A DNA stretch of 64,000 nt. It comes from Nitrospira sp. GTDB taxonomy: Bacteria; Nitrospirota; Nitrospiria; Nitrospirales; Nitrospiraceae. The notes under the pieces were generated by a model that searched no databases, was not told where the DNA came from, and worked only from the letters and a program-made list of their open reading frames with translations. Shown piece after piece: positions 40,257 to 50,374 of the stretch. Both the position numbers and the translations under genes were made by a program. The stretch is taken from assembly GCA_047150005.1 (NCBI GenBank), contig AP038806.1:320001-384000 (forward strand). The letters are read 5' to 3'. The stretch's first letter is position 1, and every line of letters begins with the position of its first letter.

Positions 40257-41657
40257 TCAGAATTGAAAATAGATAAACGCCGGAGATTCCAGAGTGAACC
40301 CGCAAAACAGAACCAATAGCATGGCATAGGCACTGGCCTGAACTGGAACGGGAAGTCTTAAGAATTGTGATTCCACTTTCTGGACCCTCTCGATCGGAAC
40401 TATATGAAGCAGAATTGCCAGCCCAAGGATCGCATAAAATATCCCATGAAACTGAGTTCCCCACCCATTTCTCAGAACGCTTTCAATATAGCGCACTAGC
40501 TCGGATAGATCTTGAACTCTGAACAAGAGCCATCCAAAAACAATCAAATGAAAACAAATCAGCTGCTTGCGTACGGTAATCCACCAACGGCTGAGAGTGG
40601 GTCCCCCCCCCTTGTCTCTCCATAAGATCAACAAGAATCCATGGTAGGCACCCCACACAATGAAATGCAGGGCCGCACCATGCCAGAGACCGCCCAGCAA
40701 CATCGTAATCATCAGATTCACGCGCGCGCGCCATGGTGTCCCCCGATTACCTCCAAGACTTATATAGAGGTAGTCCCTTAGCCACGTTGAGAGCGATATA
40801 TGCCATCTGGTCCAGAATTCTCTTACACTTTGAGACAGGTATGGTCTGTCAAAATTTTTCGGGAGGTCGAACCCGAGAATTCTAGCGAGTCCGATTGCAA
40901 TGTCACTATAACCTGAAAAGTCATTGTAAATCTGAAAGGCATATGCATAGAGAGCGATGATAAGATCCCAAGAAGAGAACGCTGCCGGATTCGCAAATAC
41001 CTTATCGACTGCGAGTAGCCCCAAGAGGTCGGCAATGACAATCTTCTTGAACAATCCTCTGAATACCAGCAAAAACCCATCTTGTACACGTTCTGGCGTG
41101 ACAAGCGGGAGACGGTGAAGCTGAGGGAGAAATTGCTTCGCACGGACGATAGGTCCGGCAACCAGTTGGGGGAAAAACGCCACGAACACCGCGAACTTCA
41201 AAAAGTCTCTCTCAAGGACCTTTTCTCCGCGATACAAATCAATGGTGTAGCTCATCGTCTGAAAGGTATAGAAGGAGATGCCGACGGGCAGCAACAACTC
41301 GTGCTTAAGAAATGAAATATCCAACCCAAGAAAGATCATGGTCGGCCCCGCCAGCTCAACGAAGAAGTTGTAATATTTGAATACACACAACATGCCGAGA
41401 TTCGAACAGAGACTCGCGATTAGGATCGCCCTTCTCACGTTGGGCCGCGACTCTTGTACTATCAGGCGTCCAACCGTATAGTCGACAACAGTGGACAGTG
41501 CTAGAAGTCCTGCGTACCGCCAATTCCAGGACATGTAGAACAGATAGCTCGAGACCAGGAGCGCCAACTCCCGCCAGCGCTCGCGATCAAAGGCAACTAT
41601 GTAGGCCATGAAGACCAGTGGGAAGAAGAACAGGAATTCTGCGGAATTAAAGGTCAT
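40257..41657 (-). CDS. MBOAT O-acyltransferase (AlgI/DltB family)
   Basis: LPVGISFYTFQ, FFPQLVAGPI, DFSGYSDIA, FWTRWHISLS, GLWHGA, FIYFQF. Confidence 0.95.
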   Translation of the reverse strand: MTFNSAEFLFFFPLVFMAYIVAFDRERWRELALLVSSYLFYMSWNWRYAGLLALSTVVDYTVGRLIVQESRPNVRRAILIASLCSNLGMLCVFKYYNFFVELAGPTMIFLGLDISFLKHELLLPVGISFYTFQTMSYTIDLYRGEKVLERDFLKFAVFVAFFPQLVAGPIVRAKQFLPQLHRLPLVTPERVQDGFLLVFRGLFKKIVIADLLGLLAVDKVFANPAAFSSWDLIIALYAYAFQIYNDFSGYSDIAIGLARILGFDLPKNFDRPYLSQSVREFWTRWHISLSTWLRDYLYISLGGNRGTPWRARVNLMITMLLGGLWHGAALHFIVWGAYHGFLLILWRDKGGGPTLSRWWITVRKQLICFHLIVFGWLLFRVQDLSELVRYIESVLRNGWGTQFHGIFYAILGLAILLHIVPIERVQKVESQFLRLPVPVQASAYAMLLVLFCGFTLESPAFIYFQF

Positions 41658-42727
41658 TGAATAGGTCCGTGCTGCGCGATTGAAGGCTTAGGATCTTTAT
41701 TCTCTCGTTTGATGAGCGCCTCTCCCATTACCTCCGCCACGGCTTCATGGCCTGCCGGCGAAAAGTGCACAAAATCCTTGAACAATTCATGACGACCGGC
41801 CACTGAGCTTTCTAGATCGATCAACATGATCCCTTCTTCAGATGCAACTCTTCTGACAGTTGCATTCAGCCGTTCAACTGATACGACCCATCCTTCCACT
41901 GACAGGAAGCTGCTGTACTTGAACATGCCTAGGGCGACATCCTTCGGGAATGCTGCAAGATCCTTTCTTGTGTGACTCGTCGCAAATGTCGTGAGGACTG
42001 GCACAGATCCCATGGATCTAACGGTATCGATAAAAGTCCGCAGCATCGCCACATACTCCTGTTCTCCCTTGAGTCCCAGATCATTCACAAGGACACGGCT
42101 GGCACCAATTCGTGCTGAAATCTGTCCCTTGACGTTTGCATAGATCGTCGTATGCTCGACCAACCAATTCGCCCATGTTATAGGTCCCGCTGCCTTGGGT
42201 TGATTGTTCGGTTGTGCTGCTCCTTGCACCCGATTACCTGCGAGAGTTCGTTTGGCAATAGAAGAAATCGACAATGACATCTGATAGAGAATGACATAAT
42301 CAGGTTGCCATTGTTTGCCAAACTGCCTCAGATCATTTACGTTTTCCGGAATATCGAGCCCTGCCCTCGAGGCATTTAGTACCACTGCATTGGATCCCTT
42401 CTCCTTCAAGAGGCGTTCGAGAACATTTGGGAATGTCATCGAGGGCGAAAGATAAATATCTTCCGCATGTGACGATGACGCTATCCAATATCGATGATTA
42501 GGAGATACCTTTTCCTGTGGAACAATCCTACTACGAAACGGGAAACTCGGAGTCGGTCCGAATTCCTGAGTGCCGTGCTGTCCTGCAGGCGCACTCTCAC
42601 TCGTGACCGGAAATCCGAAAATCAAGGTTTCCCAGCCACGATGTTTCGCCCGAACCTCCAGCCCCAATTCCAGAGCGATTAGGGCGCAAGCGATCCAGAA
42701 AACCATTCTAAGCGAATTCAGTTTCAA
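41654..42727 (-). CDS. SGNH/GDSL-like periplasmic protein
   Basis: N-terminal TM helix; ASSSH block I; DFVHFSPAGH (DxxH); coupled to MBOAT. Confidence 0.75.
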   Translation of the reverse strand: MKLNSLRMVFWIACALIALELGLEVRAKHRGWETLIFGFPVTSESAPAGQHGTQEFGPTPSFPFRSRIVPQEKVSPNHRYWIASSSHAEDIYLSPSMTFPNVLERLLKEKGSNAVVLNASRAGLDIPENVNDLRQFGKQWQPDYVILYQMSLSISSIAKRTLAGNRVQGAAQPNNQPKAAGPITWANWLVEHTTIYANVKGQISARIGASRVLVNDLGLKGEQEYVAMLRTFIDTVRSMGSVPVLTTFATSHTRKDLAAFPKDVALGMFKYSSFLSVEGWVVSVERLNATVRRVASEEGIMLIDLESSVAGRHELFKDFVHFSPAGHEAVAEVMGEALIKRENKDPKPSIAQHGPIQ

Positions 42728-42781
42728 CGGATTCTTCTGCGCAAGATTGAAAAGTGGAATGCCAGAATATTTGTGAGGTCA

Positions 42782-44215
42782 TTAGGGTGCGAGCCCGAAT
42801 GAACAAGACTTTGGCGAGGTTGGTTTAGCTTCGAGCTTTGGCAACGGGACGCCGGCAAGATTCGGTCCCCGAACCACTGTCGTTTTCGTTTCGCCGTCGA
42901 CTACTTCTGAAACATTTCGGAGCGCCACCACGAAGGCGATCATAATCCATAGACTCGGATACCAGAGGGTGGAGATAAATACTCCACTAACGATAAACCC
43001 GATCAAACTGCCTTCCATGGCTCTGGCAAGGTACATACGAACATCTTCACCAACTTTCATGATTTGACCGTGCTTTCGCACCGACTCAGCAGGTGCGAGC
43101 TTGACCCTCACAAATTTAAGATCTTTGTAGCATTGATAGAACATCAGCCCGATAATGATGATGCCGGCAAGTCCCAACTCTGAAATCAGTGTAACCCAGG
43201 CCGAGTGTGCCTGCCGGCCGGCTATGGATCTTCCTTTAAACGTCCGTCCTTCCTGATAGATATCAAAGGCCCAGGGGAAATTACTCTGCCCGATCCCTAT
43301 GATCGGATTCCAGTAAAACATCTCCATTCCAATGCCCCAGGTATAAAACCGTTCGGCGCCGGTACCATGCTGAAGCGTTTGATCGCTGGTTGAAGAAGCT
43401 ATTTCGTCCCAGTAGGATTCTGGTGCAAGCACCACCATAAAAACCACCGCCACAGCCAATACAATCAGGGCATTCATTTTCCTGGGAGAGCGATACCAGC
43501 AGTAGGCCCCAACCGCAGCCAGTCCCATAAACCCTCCGCGCGACAGACTGGCCATGGCCGCAAGAATGATGATTCCAAGAACACCCAGGTATTTCAACCG
43601 TTGCACGACATTGGTTGCAGAGAACATCAAAAAGTAGGCGAAGGGCGCAGCCATGTCCATTACCATGCAGAAGTCATTTTCGTCTCCCATCCACGAACCG
43701 ATACCTTTTCCTCCCTTCAGTGTTCCCATCACTGCCAGAAATCCATGAATACCGATCCACAACTTCATGAGGGTCATCATCTTTTCTGTAGAATCAACGA
43801 ACGTGATAATGCCGAGATACACACAGTAGAGAAGAACCGTATCCTTAAATGTCATGAGCGCCCAAAAATTGTTTGTGGCGATCGGCACATGAATTGCCAT
43901 GATGCCAAGGAGTGGTATCCAGAGCCTCGTTTGAAGTCTGGAAAAGTTGATCTTTCCTGAACCCAACACTTTCCAGAGAATCAATATTGAAAGCCCCATC
44001 CCAAAGGGAATGCCCTTGATGCCCGGAAGCTGATCTTGAGGACGCCCAAACTCAAAAATCAGATATGCCAAGACGAGATAAAAGCCTGCTTTGCTTTCTG
44101 GCTGTCCCTGAGGCCGCAAGCCTAGTTGAAGATTCGGATTGCGGCCGGGAAGCGGCTGCAACTGGCTGGCCTCTCCTGGCCCCTTCGACCCCTGGAATGC
44201 CGCGGTAGGATACAT
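42782..44215 (-). CDS. O-antigen ligase / Wzy polymerase family protein
   Basis: DENDF, SLSRGG, NPIIGIG, AHSAWVTLISELGLAG. Confidence 0.88.
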   Translation of the reverse strand: MYPTAAFQGSKGPGEASQLQPLPGRNPNLQLGLRPQGQPESKAGFYLVLAYLIFEFGRPQDQLPGIKGIPFGMGLSILILWKVLGSGKINFSRLQTRLWIPLLGIMAIHVPIATNNFWALMTFKDTVLLYCVYLGIITFVDSTEKMMTLMKLWIGIHGFLAVMGTLKGGKGIGSWMGDENDFCMVMDMAAPFAYFLMFSATNVVQRLKYLGVLGIIILAAMASLSRGGFMGLAAVGAYCWYRSPRKMNALIVLAVAVVFMVVLAPESYWDEIASSTSDQTLQHGTGAERFYTWGIGMEMFYWNPIIGIGQSNFPWAFDIYQEGRTFKGRSIAGRQAHSAWVTLISELGLAGIIIIGLMFYQCYKDLKFVRVKLAPAESVRKHGQIMKVGEDVRMYLARAMEGSLIGFIVSGVFISTLWYPSLWIMIAFVVALRNVSEVVDGETKTTVVRGPNLAGVPLPKLEAKPTSPKSCSFGLAP

Positions 44216-44227
44216 CCGGAATTCCTA

Positions 44228-45364
44228 CTACCCAATGCGAAGGAGGCTGCGGTAGAGTTGCTGGTAGTTCTCACCCATGCGTCTGGCACTGAAGCGTCGC
44301 CGAATCCTCTCGACGGCATTTCGACCGAGTGTCTCACGCATAGTCCCATTAGCCAACAACCTGCACAGAGCGTCGGACAAGGCTTCGGAATCATTCGAGG
44401 ACACTAGCAAGCCTGTTTCTCCTTCTACGACCAACTCCGCGTTTCCTCCCACCCGAGTTACCACGGCAGGTCGACCGGCCGCCATCGCCTCCAAGAGTGC
44501 CAGCGAGAGACCTTCCGACAGGGAGGGCAGCACAAAAACGTCCAGACTAGCCAAAATCATCGAGATGTCGTTACGCATTCCCAGAAAGCGGACATGTCGT
44601 TCGATCCCCAACTCCTTGGCCTGATCCTTGAGCTGATCCTCCAGGATCCCCCGTCCGACCAGCAAGAGCACAACCTCGGGATATCGAGAGAGAACGGCCG
44701 GCATCGCATCCAGCAGATACCGATGCCCCTTCACCGGATACAGGCTTCCAATTGCTCCAACGACAAGTCCGTCGCTCAACAAACCTAATGCTGCTCGACT
44801 CTTGATCATTTCCTCACGGGTTACCGGTCGGCCCAGTTCCACGCCGTTATAGATCACTTGAACTGCCGCATCTGCAAGACCGATTTTGTCCATGACGAAT
44901 CGCTTGAGGTCTTCTGAAACCGCCACCAGCTTTCCGGATCGAGCGACCATTCGGTAGGCTAGGCGGCGTCGCCGCTTTTCCCAAAAATAATTTTTCCCGT
45001 GGATGGTCCCCACGAAGGGGAGGCCGGCCAGGCGAGCAATAATCCAGCCATAGACAATCGCGCTGAACTCATGGGTATGGATAAGACTTACATGTTCACG
45101 CCGAACAAGTTTCCAGCATTCTCGAAACCATCTCCAACCGAACATTCCCCTTATGGGCAGCACATGCACACCCAATCCTTTGCTTTCACATTGCTCCTTG
45201 AGCCAGCCTGGACGAAACAGCCCGATGAGGACATGAAAGCCAAGCTCCTCCAGGGAGGCGGCAAGGCTGCTGATCATTCGTTCTGCACCGCCTGGACCGC
45301 TACTCGTGGAGAGGAACAGGATAGTCTTGCCGCTTGCCTGATTCATCCTATTTCTGCCCGACAA
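44228..45364 (-). CDS. Glycosyltransferase family 4
   Basis: GGAER, GSLYPVKGH, PSLSEGLSLALLEAM. Confidence 0.93.
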   Translation of the reverse strand: MSGRNRMNQASGKTILFLSTSSGPGGAERMISSLAASLEELGFHVLIGLFRPGWLKEQCESKGLGVHVLPIRGMFGWRWFRECWKLVRREHVSLIHTHEFSAIVYGWIIARLAGLPFVGTIHGKNYFWEKRRRRLAYRMVARSGKLVAVSEDLKRFVMDKIGLADAAVQVIYNGVELGRPVTREEMIKSRAALGLLSDGLVVGAIGSLYPVKGHRYLLDAMPAVLSRYPEVVLLLVGRGILEDQLKDQAKELGIERHVRFLGMRNDISMILASLDVFVLPSLSEGLSLALLEAMAAGRPAVVTRVGGNAELVVEGETGLLVSSNDSEALSDALCRLLANGTMRETLGRNAVERIRRRFSARRMGENYQQLYRSLLRIG

Positions 45365-46427
45365 AGCAAAATGAGTGACAGAGACGCCCCTTACCCTCCA
45401 AGACGGTAAGGATCTTCAGCAGGGCCAAATATACGTTTTGCCGGAAGGATAGTCTCGATCCATCACTCGTCAGAGCTGACAGATGCTTGACAACAGCCCC
45501 TCGCACCAACGGAACAATGGAGGTGGGATTGCGATAGTCGGGCCATGGGAAGTAGGACTCTATTTTGGAAAATTCTGCCTCTCGAATGAGTCGATGATAT
45601 TGGCTCAACGAATGCGTGTAGGTGAAGTACGGCCCTCCCGTCCGAAAGCGGCAATAGAGATTGGCCATGACCCTCGGCATCAAACTGGTAAATCGCAGAA
45701 AGCTATGGTCATCGTGGTCGCCCAGCATGTACCGAAGACTAAACCGGTTCTCGATCCCGATATAGACATGCCCGCCTGGTTTGAGTACTCTTCTGGCTTC
45801 CCGCAGAGCCTGTTGCTGAAGTTCAATTGGATTTCTCGCTGTGTCGATGCCGCCCAGCCATTCCAAAACCCCGTTGAACGCCACGATGTCCACGCTGTTG
45901 TCCGGAAGCGGCAGCTTGATCGCCGAGCCCAGAACCGGCGTCACATTGAATTTCTTATCCTGGCGACAGCGAATCTGGACGAACTTGACACGCTCAAAGG
46001 TGGCATCCAAGGCAACGACCGTACCCACCTCCTGAGAAATCGGAGCCGCATTCGTTCCCCACCCGCAGCCGACGTCCAGGAAAGTCGATTCCGGACCATG
46101 CGGAATGATGCTGATCCATAACGAGCGACTCTCGTCATCCACGTACTTGTAGATGAATGGATCCTGGATGTGTTGTTCGAACGCCTTCCTGTATCCGAGC
46201 CGTTCCGAGTCTTTGAGAATGGTCGTCATCAGGTCTTTCGGCACCTCACCATGATAGGTCGAGAGTTCGGAAAAACAGGGAATCCCTCCTTGGATCGGGT
46301 ACCGTCGATCACAAGTTGGGCAACTGTATGCATCGGAAAGTTTCGTCAGCGTTCCTTTGCATTCCGGGCAGCAAAACTCCGCCCAATACCTCGTTGCCGG
46401 TTTGGCCGCGTATTGGCCTTGATTCAT
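45348..46427 (-). CDS. Class I SAM-dependent methyltransferase with N-terminal Trm112-like zinc ribbon
   Basis: CPECKG...CPTC..RYPIQGGIP; LDVGCGWG; RVLKPGG. Confidence 0.88.
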   Translation of the reverse strand: MNQGQYAAKPATRYWAEFCCPECKGTLTKLSDAYSCPTCDRRYPIQGGIPCFSELSTYHGEVPKDLMTTILKDSERLGYRKAFEQHIQDPFIYKYVDDESRSLWISIIPHGPESTFLDVGCGWGTNAAPISQEVGTVVALDATFERVKFVQIRCRQDKKFNVTPVLGSAIKLPLPDNSVDIVAFNGVLEWLGGIDTARNPIELQQQALREARRVLKPGGHVYIGIENRFSLRYMLGDHDDHSFLRFTSLMPRVMANLYCRFRTGGPYFTYTHSLSQYHRLIREAEFSKIESYFPWPDYRNPTSIVPLVRGAVVKHLSALTSDGSRLSFRQNVYLALLKILTVLEGKGRLCHSFCFVGQK

Positions 46428-46428
46428 A

Positions 46429-47073
46429 TTATTCCTTTCCATCGACGTTTGCGGCGACGGCTTTCCCGGATCGCTCGTGCCTGCCCAGCTTTTCCAACAG
46501 ATGGTCACAAGACTCCTTGATTCGGTCAAAACACAACTGGAAGTCTTGCCTGCCGCCACGATGAGGATCGGCAATATCGAGCGAGCCTTTCCTGCAGAAT
46601 CGACCAAGCACGAATACCTTGTGCCGATCCTGCGGATACAGTTTCACAATCCGCTCCTTTTGAGCCATTTCCATCACCAACACCAGATCCGCCTGCTGGA
46701 TCAGTTTCTGATGGATAGGCCTTGCGGCATGGCTTTCCAACGAGATCCCATGTTGCCCGGCGACTTCCCGCGCCAATTTGTGGGCAGACATTCCCGGGAA
46801 TGTATCGACCCCGGCTGAGACAATTGTCAACAAGCGCCCTTCCTTCCTGACTTTCTCTCGCAAATAGACTTCAGCCAGAGGACTGCGGCATAGGTTTCTC
46901 GTGCAGACGACAAGAATAGTCCGTACAGGCAGCGGCAAACTTTTCGGCACCTTCCTTTCGAACATTTCCCGGAGAAATCTCAGACGTCGATAGCTGTGCC
47001 TCCCCGTCTCCTGCAAACCGTAGAAGCATCTCCGTAGGTGTTCCCTGAACCACGCCGCGGTGATCCGACTCAT
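46429..47073 (-). CDS. Low-molecular-weight protein-tyrosine phosphatase (Wzb-like)
   Basis: VCTRNLCRSP (C-X5-R), ADLVLVME, IADP. Confidence 0.88.
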   Translation of the reverse strand: MSRITAAWFREHLRRCFYGLQETGRHSYRRLRFLREMFERKVPKSLPLPVRTILVVCTRNLCRSPLAEVYLREKVRKEGRLLTIVSAGVDTFPGMSAHKLAREVAGQHGISLESHAARPIHQKLIQQADLVLVMEMAQKERIVKLYPQDRHKVFVLGRFCRKGSLDIADPHRGGRQDFQLCFDRIKESCDHLLEKLGRHERSGKAVAANVDGKE

Positions 47074-48299
47074 GCATGGCCTTTGACCAGAGCCGTCAGG
47101 TATTGCCGCAGTTCATATCGCGCGGGAGCGGGATCTTCCCAACGCTCGATTTCGTAATGAAGATCATGTTGGAAAAAACGTAAAAAGTCCAAAACATTCC
47201 GGACACGTGACGGATAGCCCGGGGGAAGTTTGAGGCTTTGGTTTGATTTAAACGTTCTCATCAATAAATGGTCCAAATCTCCCAAGAACCATCGTGATTT
47301 CACACCTGCCCGGTAGCTCCCATGAGGCAGGGCAACAGGCAGCCCCTTGACGAGCTGATAGAGAAGATGGGGGAAATTGATCCCTGCATCGAGCGCGAGT
47401 TGGAGCGAACCCCAAAATCGGCCGTTGATTTCCATCAGGTTCGGAATACCGGTCCCGTGCTCGACCTTAAACTCTACCATCGCCACGCCGTGCCATCTGA
47501 CTTTCTTAAGCAATCGTACCGCATGATCCGTCATTTCCTTTGGAAGTTCTATGCTTTCACGAAGCACGCTGATGCCTCCCGAAGGAGGCTTTTCTCGAAT
47601 CCGTCGATGCGCAAAGAGCGCGACCGGATCACCGGAATTGCATAGCGCAAATACTCCCTGCCCTTCCCCTTCAATGCGCTTCTGGATCAGAGAAGGCTCA
47701 CGGAGATAGGGAACGGTGCGATACAACAGATCAAGCTCGTCCCGATTGTCCACCTGATGGACGCTGGTTTTGGTCCAGTGTCCGTTGACCAACACGAGAG
47801 ACCTGCCCGGTTTGACGATGAGCGGATAGCCGCCGAGCGCTTCCGTATCGGCCGGCGGAATCCCCTGGTCAACAAAGACGGTGGACGGAATGGGTACTCC
47901 CTGTTCGGCAGCCAATCGACACAGGTGGTATTTATCGGAGACCAGATTGTAACTCTCCACAGACGGGAGGCCGAGAGTTTTGGACAGTCCTAAGCTTTCT
48001 CTGTGTTCGGCAACAGCCTGCATGGTCGCATCGGTGACCGGCATGATCACCGTGATGTTCAATTGCCTGACGGCTTCGGCCAGACTTGAGATGAAATGTC
48101 GAGGATCTGAAAGCGGCGAAGGATACTGCCACTGCCTCACACAATATCGTGACGCACCGGCCAGCGATGAGTCGGTCTCGGCTCCAACCACGACCGGAAT
48201 CCCTGCTTGGCCAAGACCTCTTGTCACAGCCAATGCTGACCGTTCATTACCATCTGTAACCAGGACGCAGCATTTGTGACCCAGTGGTACTTTTTGCAT
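47070..48299 (-). CDS. ATP-grasp (carboxylate-amine ligase) protein
   Basis: SDKY, YPLIVKP, IQKRIEG, HRRIREKPPSGG, MVEFK, LMEINGRFWGS. Confidence 0.9.
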   Translation of the reverse strand: MQKVPLGHKCCVLVTDGNERSALAVTRGLGQAGIPVVVGAETDSSLAGASRYCVRQWQYPSPLSDPRHFISSLAEAVRQLNITVIMPVTDATMQAVAEHRESLGLSKTLGLPSVESYNLVSDKYHLCRLAAEQGVPIPSTVFVDQGIPPADTEALGGYPLIVKPGRSLVLVNGHWTKTSVHQVDNRDELDLLYRTVPYLREPSLIQKRIEGEGQGVFALCNSGDPVALFAHRRIREKPPSGGISVLRESIELPKEMTDHAVRLLKKVRWHGVAMVEFKVEHGTGIPNLMEINGRFWGSLQLALDAGINFPHLLYQLVKGLPVALPHGSYRAGVKSRWFLGDLDHLLMRTFKSNQSLKLPPGYPSRVRNVLDFLRFFQHDLHYEIERWEDPAPARYELRQYLTALVKGHA

Positions 48300-48495
48300 T
48301 CTAGGATTATCTGACGCTAGCGTAAATATTATGGAGCCACCGAGATATCATTGGTCGGCACAAGCCCACCTGTGAGTTCTTCGCATTCTTTAGCTTAGAG
48401 ATGCTGCTTTCGGAACAGAAAATAGCTTCGATCCGGACCAAAGCCATATGTCGCTGCTAACGAATTCGGCTTGTATACTGGAGCAGTTACTACTA

Positions 48496-49329
48496 GAACC
48501 TATCTCAAAATGGTTGTGCTCATCAGAAAAGTGCCTATAATGCGCCCGCATGTTGCGCCTGCGCGACGACCAATGGGAGCGGATTCGGGAACATTTTCCC
48601 GAGGAACACATTCCCGAAGGCCGGCCCGGCCGCAAACCCGTGCCCGCCCGCGCGGTCTTGGAGGCCGTGCTGTGGATTCTGAACACCGGGGCGCAGTGGC
48701 ACATGCTGCCGCAGTGCTATCCCAACTACAAAACGGTTCATCGCCGATTTCAGCAGTGGTGCGAACGCGAGGTGCTGCGCGAGATTCTCACGCAGTTGGC
48801 GAATACGCTGCGCGACGAGGGCGCCATCGACGAGCGCGAGAGTTTCATCGACGCGACGTTCGCGGCCGCCAAGGGCGGGGGCGACGCGGTGGGGCTCACG
48901 AAACGCGGCAAAGGCGTGAAGATCCTGGCGATTGTGGATCGTCATGGGTTGCCGCTCTCGGTCAGTACGCACGCGGCCAATCATCATGAGGTCACATTGG
49001 TCCAACTCAGTTTCGACTTCTACATGCTGGAGGCCAAGCCCGAGCATCTCATCGGCGATCGGGCCTATGACAGCGATGGGCTCGATGACGACCTCAAGCA
49101 AGGCGGCGTGAACCTGATCGCGCCGCACCGGTCCACCCGCAAACTCAAGACCCAGGACGGGCGCCACTTGCGCCGGTACCAACGCCGCTGGCTCGTCGAA
49201 CGGTTCTTTGCGTGGCTCCAATGGAAGCGGCGGTTACTCGTACGTTGGGAATATTACGCCTCAAACTTCCTGGGGTTTGTGCAGCTCGCATCGATTACCA
49301 TGCTCCTAAAGCAATTTTGAGATAGGTTC
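48496..49329 (+). mobile_element. IS5-family insertion sequence, 834 bp
   Basis: Perfect 16-bp inverted repeats gaacctatctcaaaat / attttgagataggttc, flanked by duplicated TA at 48494-48495 and 49330-49331. Confidence 0.93.
48550..49320 (+). CDS. IS5-family DDE transposase
   Basis: N-terminal DDQWERI...WILNTGAQW; DDE motifs FIDAT, GDRAYDS and RWLVERFF. The stop codon lies inside the right inverted repeat. Confidence 0.93.
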   Translation: MLRLRDDQWERIREHFPEEHIPEGRPGRKPVPARAVLEAVLWILNTGAQWHMLPQCYPNYKTVHRRFQQWCEREVLREILTQLANTLRDEGAIDERESFIDATFAAAKGGGDAVGLTKRGKGVKILAIVDRHGLPLSVSTHAANHHEVTLVQLSFDFYMLEAKPEHLIGDRAYDSDGLDDDLKQGGVNLIAPHRSTRKLKTQDGRHLRRYQRRWLVERFFAWLQWKRRLLVRWEYYASNFLGFVQLASITMLLKQF

Positions 49330-50374
49330 TAACTCAAAACCTTGCTGTTCGATGAGTGGACGGAAATCCTTTCTTGTATCGTCACGTTCTCTCGAAAGGA
49401 GTCTCGGCTCACCGCTTGGCTGGTTTTGCACAACCAACATGAAGTAAGAGATCCGATGCCGGCCTATGAGCTCCAACCACCAAGAAATCGACTCCATCGG
49501 ACATTCTGGAAAGCTTTGAATATTTGTGACCAGATCTATGGAGTTTTCATCGATAGCGGCTTCCACCCTGTCAAGAGGTATCGTCTTGGCTCGGCTCTGA
49601 GCCCCTCGAAACTGGAGATAGTACTCGCATAGGAATGTAGACTCGGGGACAGCATCCGCACAAAACACATCAATATTTGAGAAGGTCTCTGCGAGGCGGT
49701 GCGCTAGGCGACCATAGCCTGCACCAATATCAAGTATCTTGAACGATTCCTGCTCAGAAATGTGCAGATATCGTTCCAAGAAATTGATCTCCAAAATTGA
49801 ATCTAGAAGGTCTCGGCTTACAACACAGTTGACATCAGCCTCCAAATGAATAGGAAACGTGACAGCACCAAAGCTGTTATCTTCCCGTAATCTTCCCAGT
49901 AGATTCATCTTATCGTTCTGATGGACGTAAGCCGTTGTGACGGCATAAGGCAACATGGGATCTTGGCCCAAACCACGTGTTTGCCAAATGTACATATTGT
50001 CTGCACGAAAGTAGCACAAGTCTATGTCTTTGGCTGTGGCGGAATCATTCCAAGCTGAATGCTTCGTAGCCGGATGTCCTCGGTATCTCCGTATATAGTC
50101 GAGCAGTTGCGGATTATCTCTGCGCAAGTATTGTTCCGCCCCATCTGGGAGCTGGAATTTTGGTTGGCTAGCCAGCGCGTCGTGAATCCACCACGTGCTC
50201 GGAAGCCTGCTTCTCCTGACAAGAGCAACATCAAAATGTCCTAAAGCTTCGTTTAAGACTTTCACAACTTTCCCAAGAGCCATTTGTGCCCCTTAGAGAT
50301 GACAATACGTCTGAAGTCTGCAACGTACTTGGCCGTCAAAAGCCAGTGAACACGAAACCAAAGCTCATATAGGA

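Larger units (their letters stand above)
48395..50283 (-). pseudogene. Putative sugar O-methyltransferase interrupted near its 3' end by the IS
   Basis: SRDLLDSILEI and LDIGAGYGRLA motifs. Removing the IS and one TA restores the frame ...GFEL-VVTAPVYKPNSLAATYGFGPDRSYFLFRKQHL*. Confidence 0.88.

Noticed and set aside
48535..49221. 228-aa minus-strand ORF and 172-aa alternate-frame ORF inside the IS
   Set aside because: They overlap the intact transposase and show no independent motifs.
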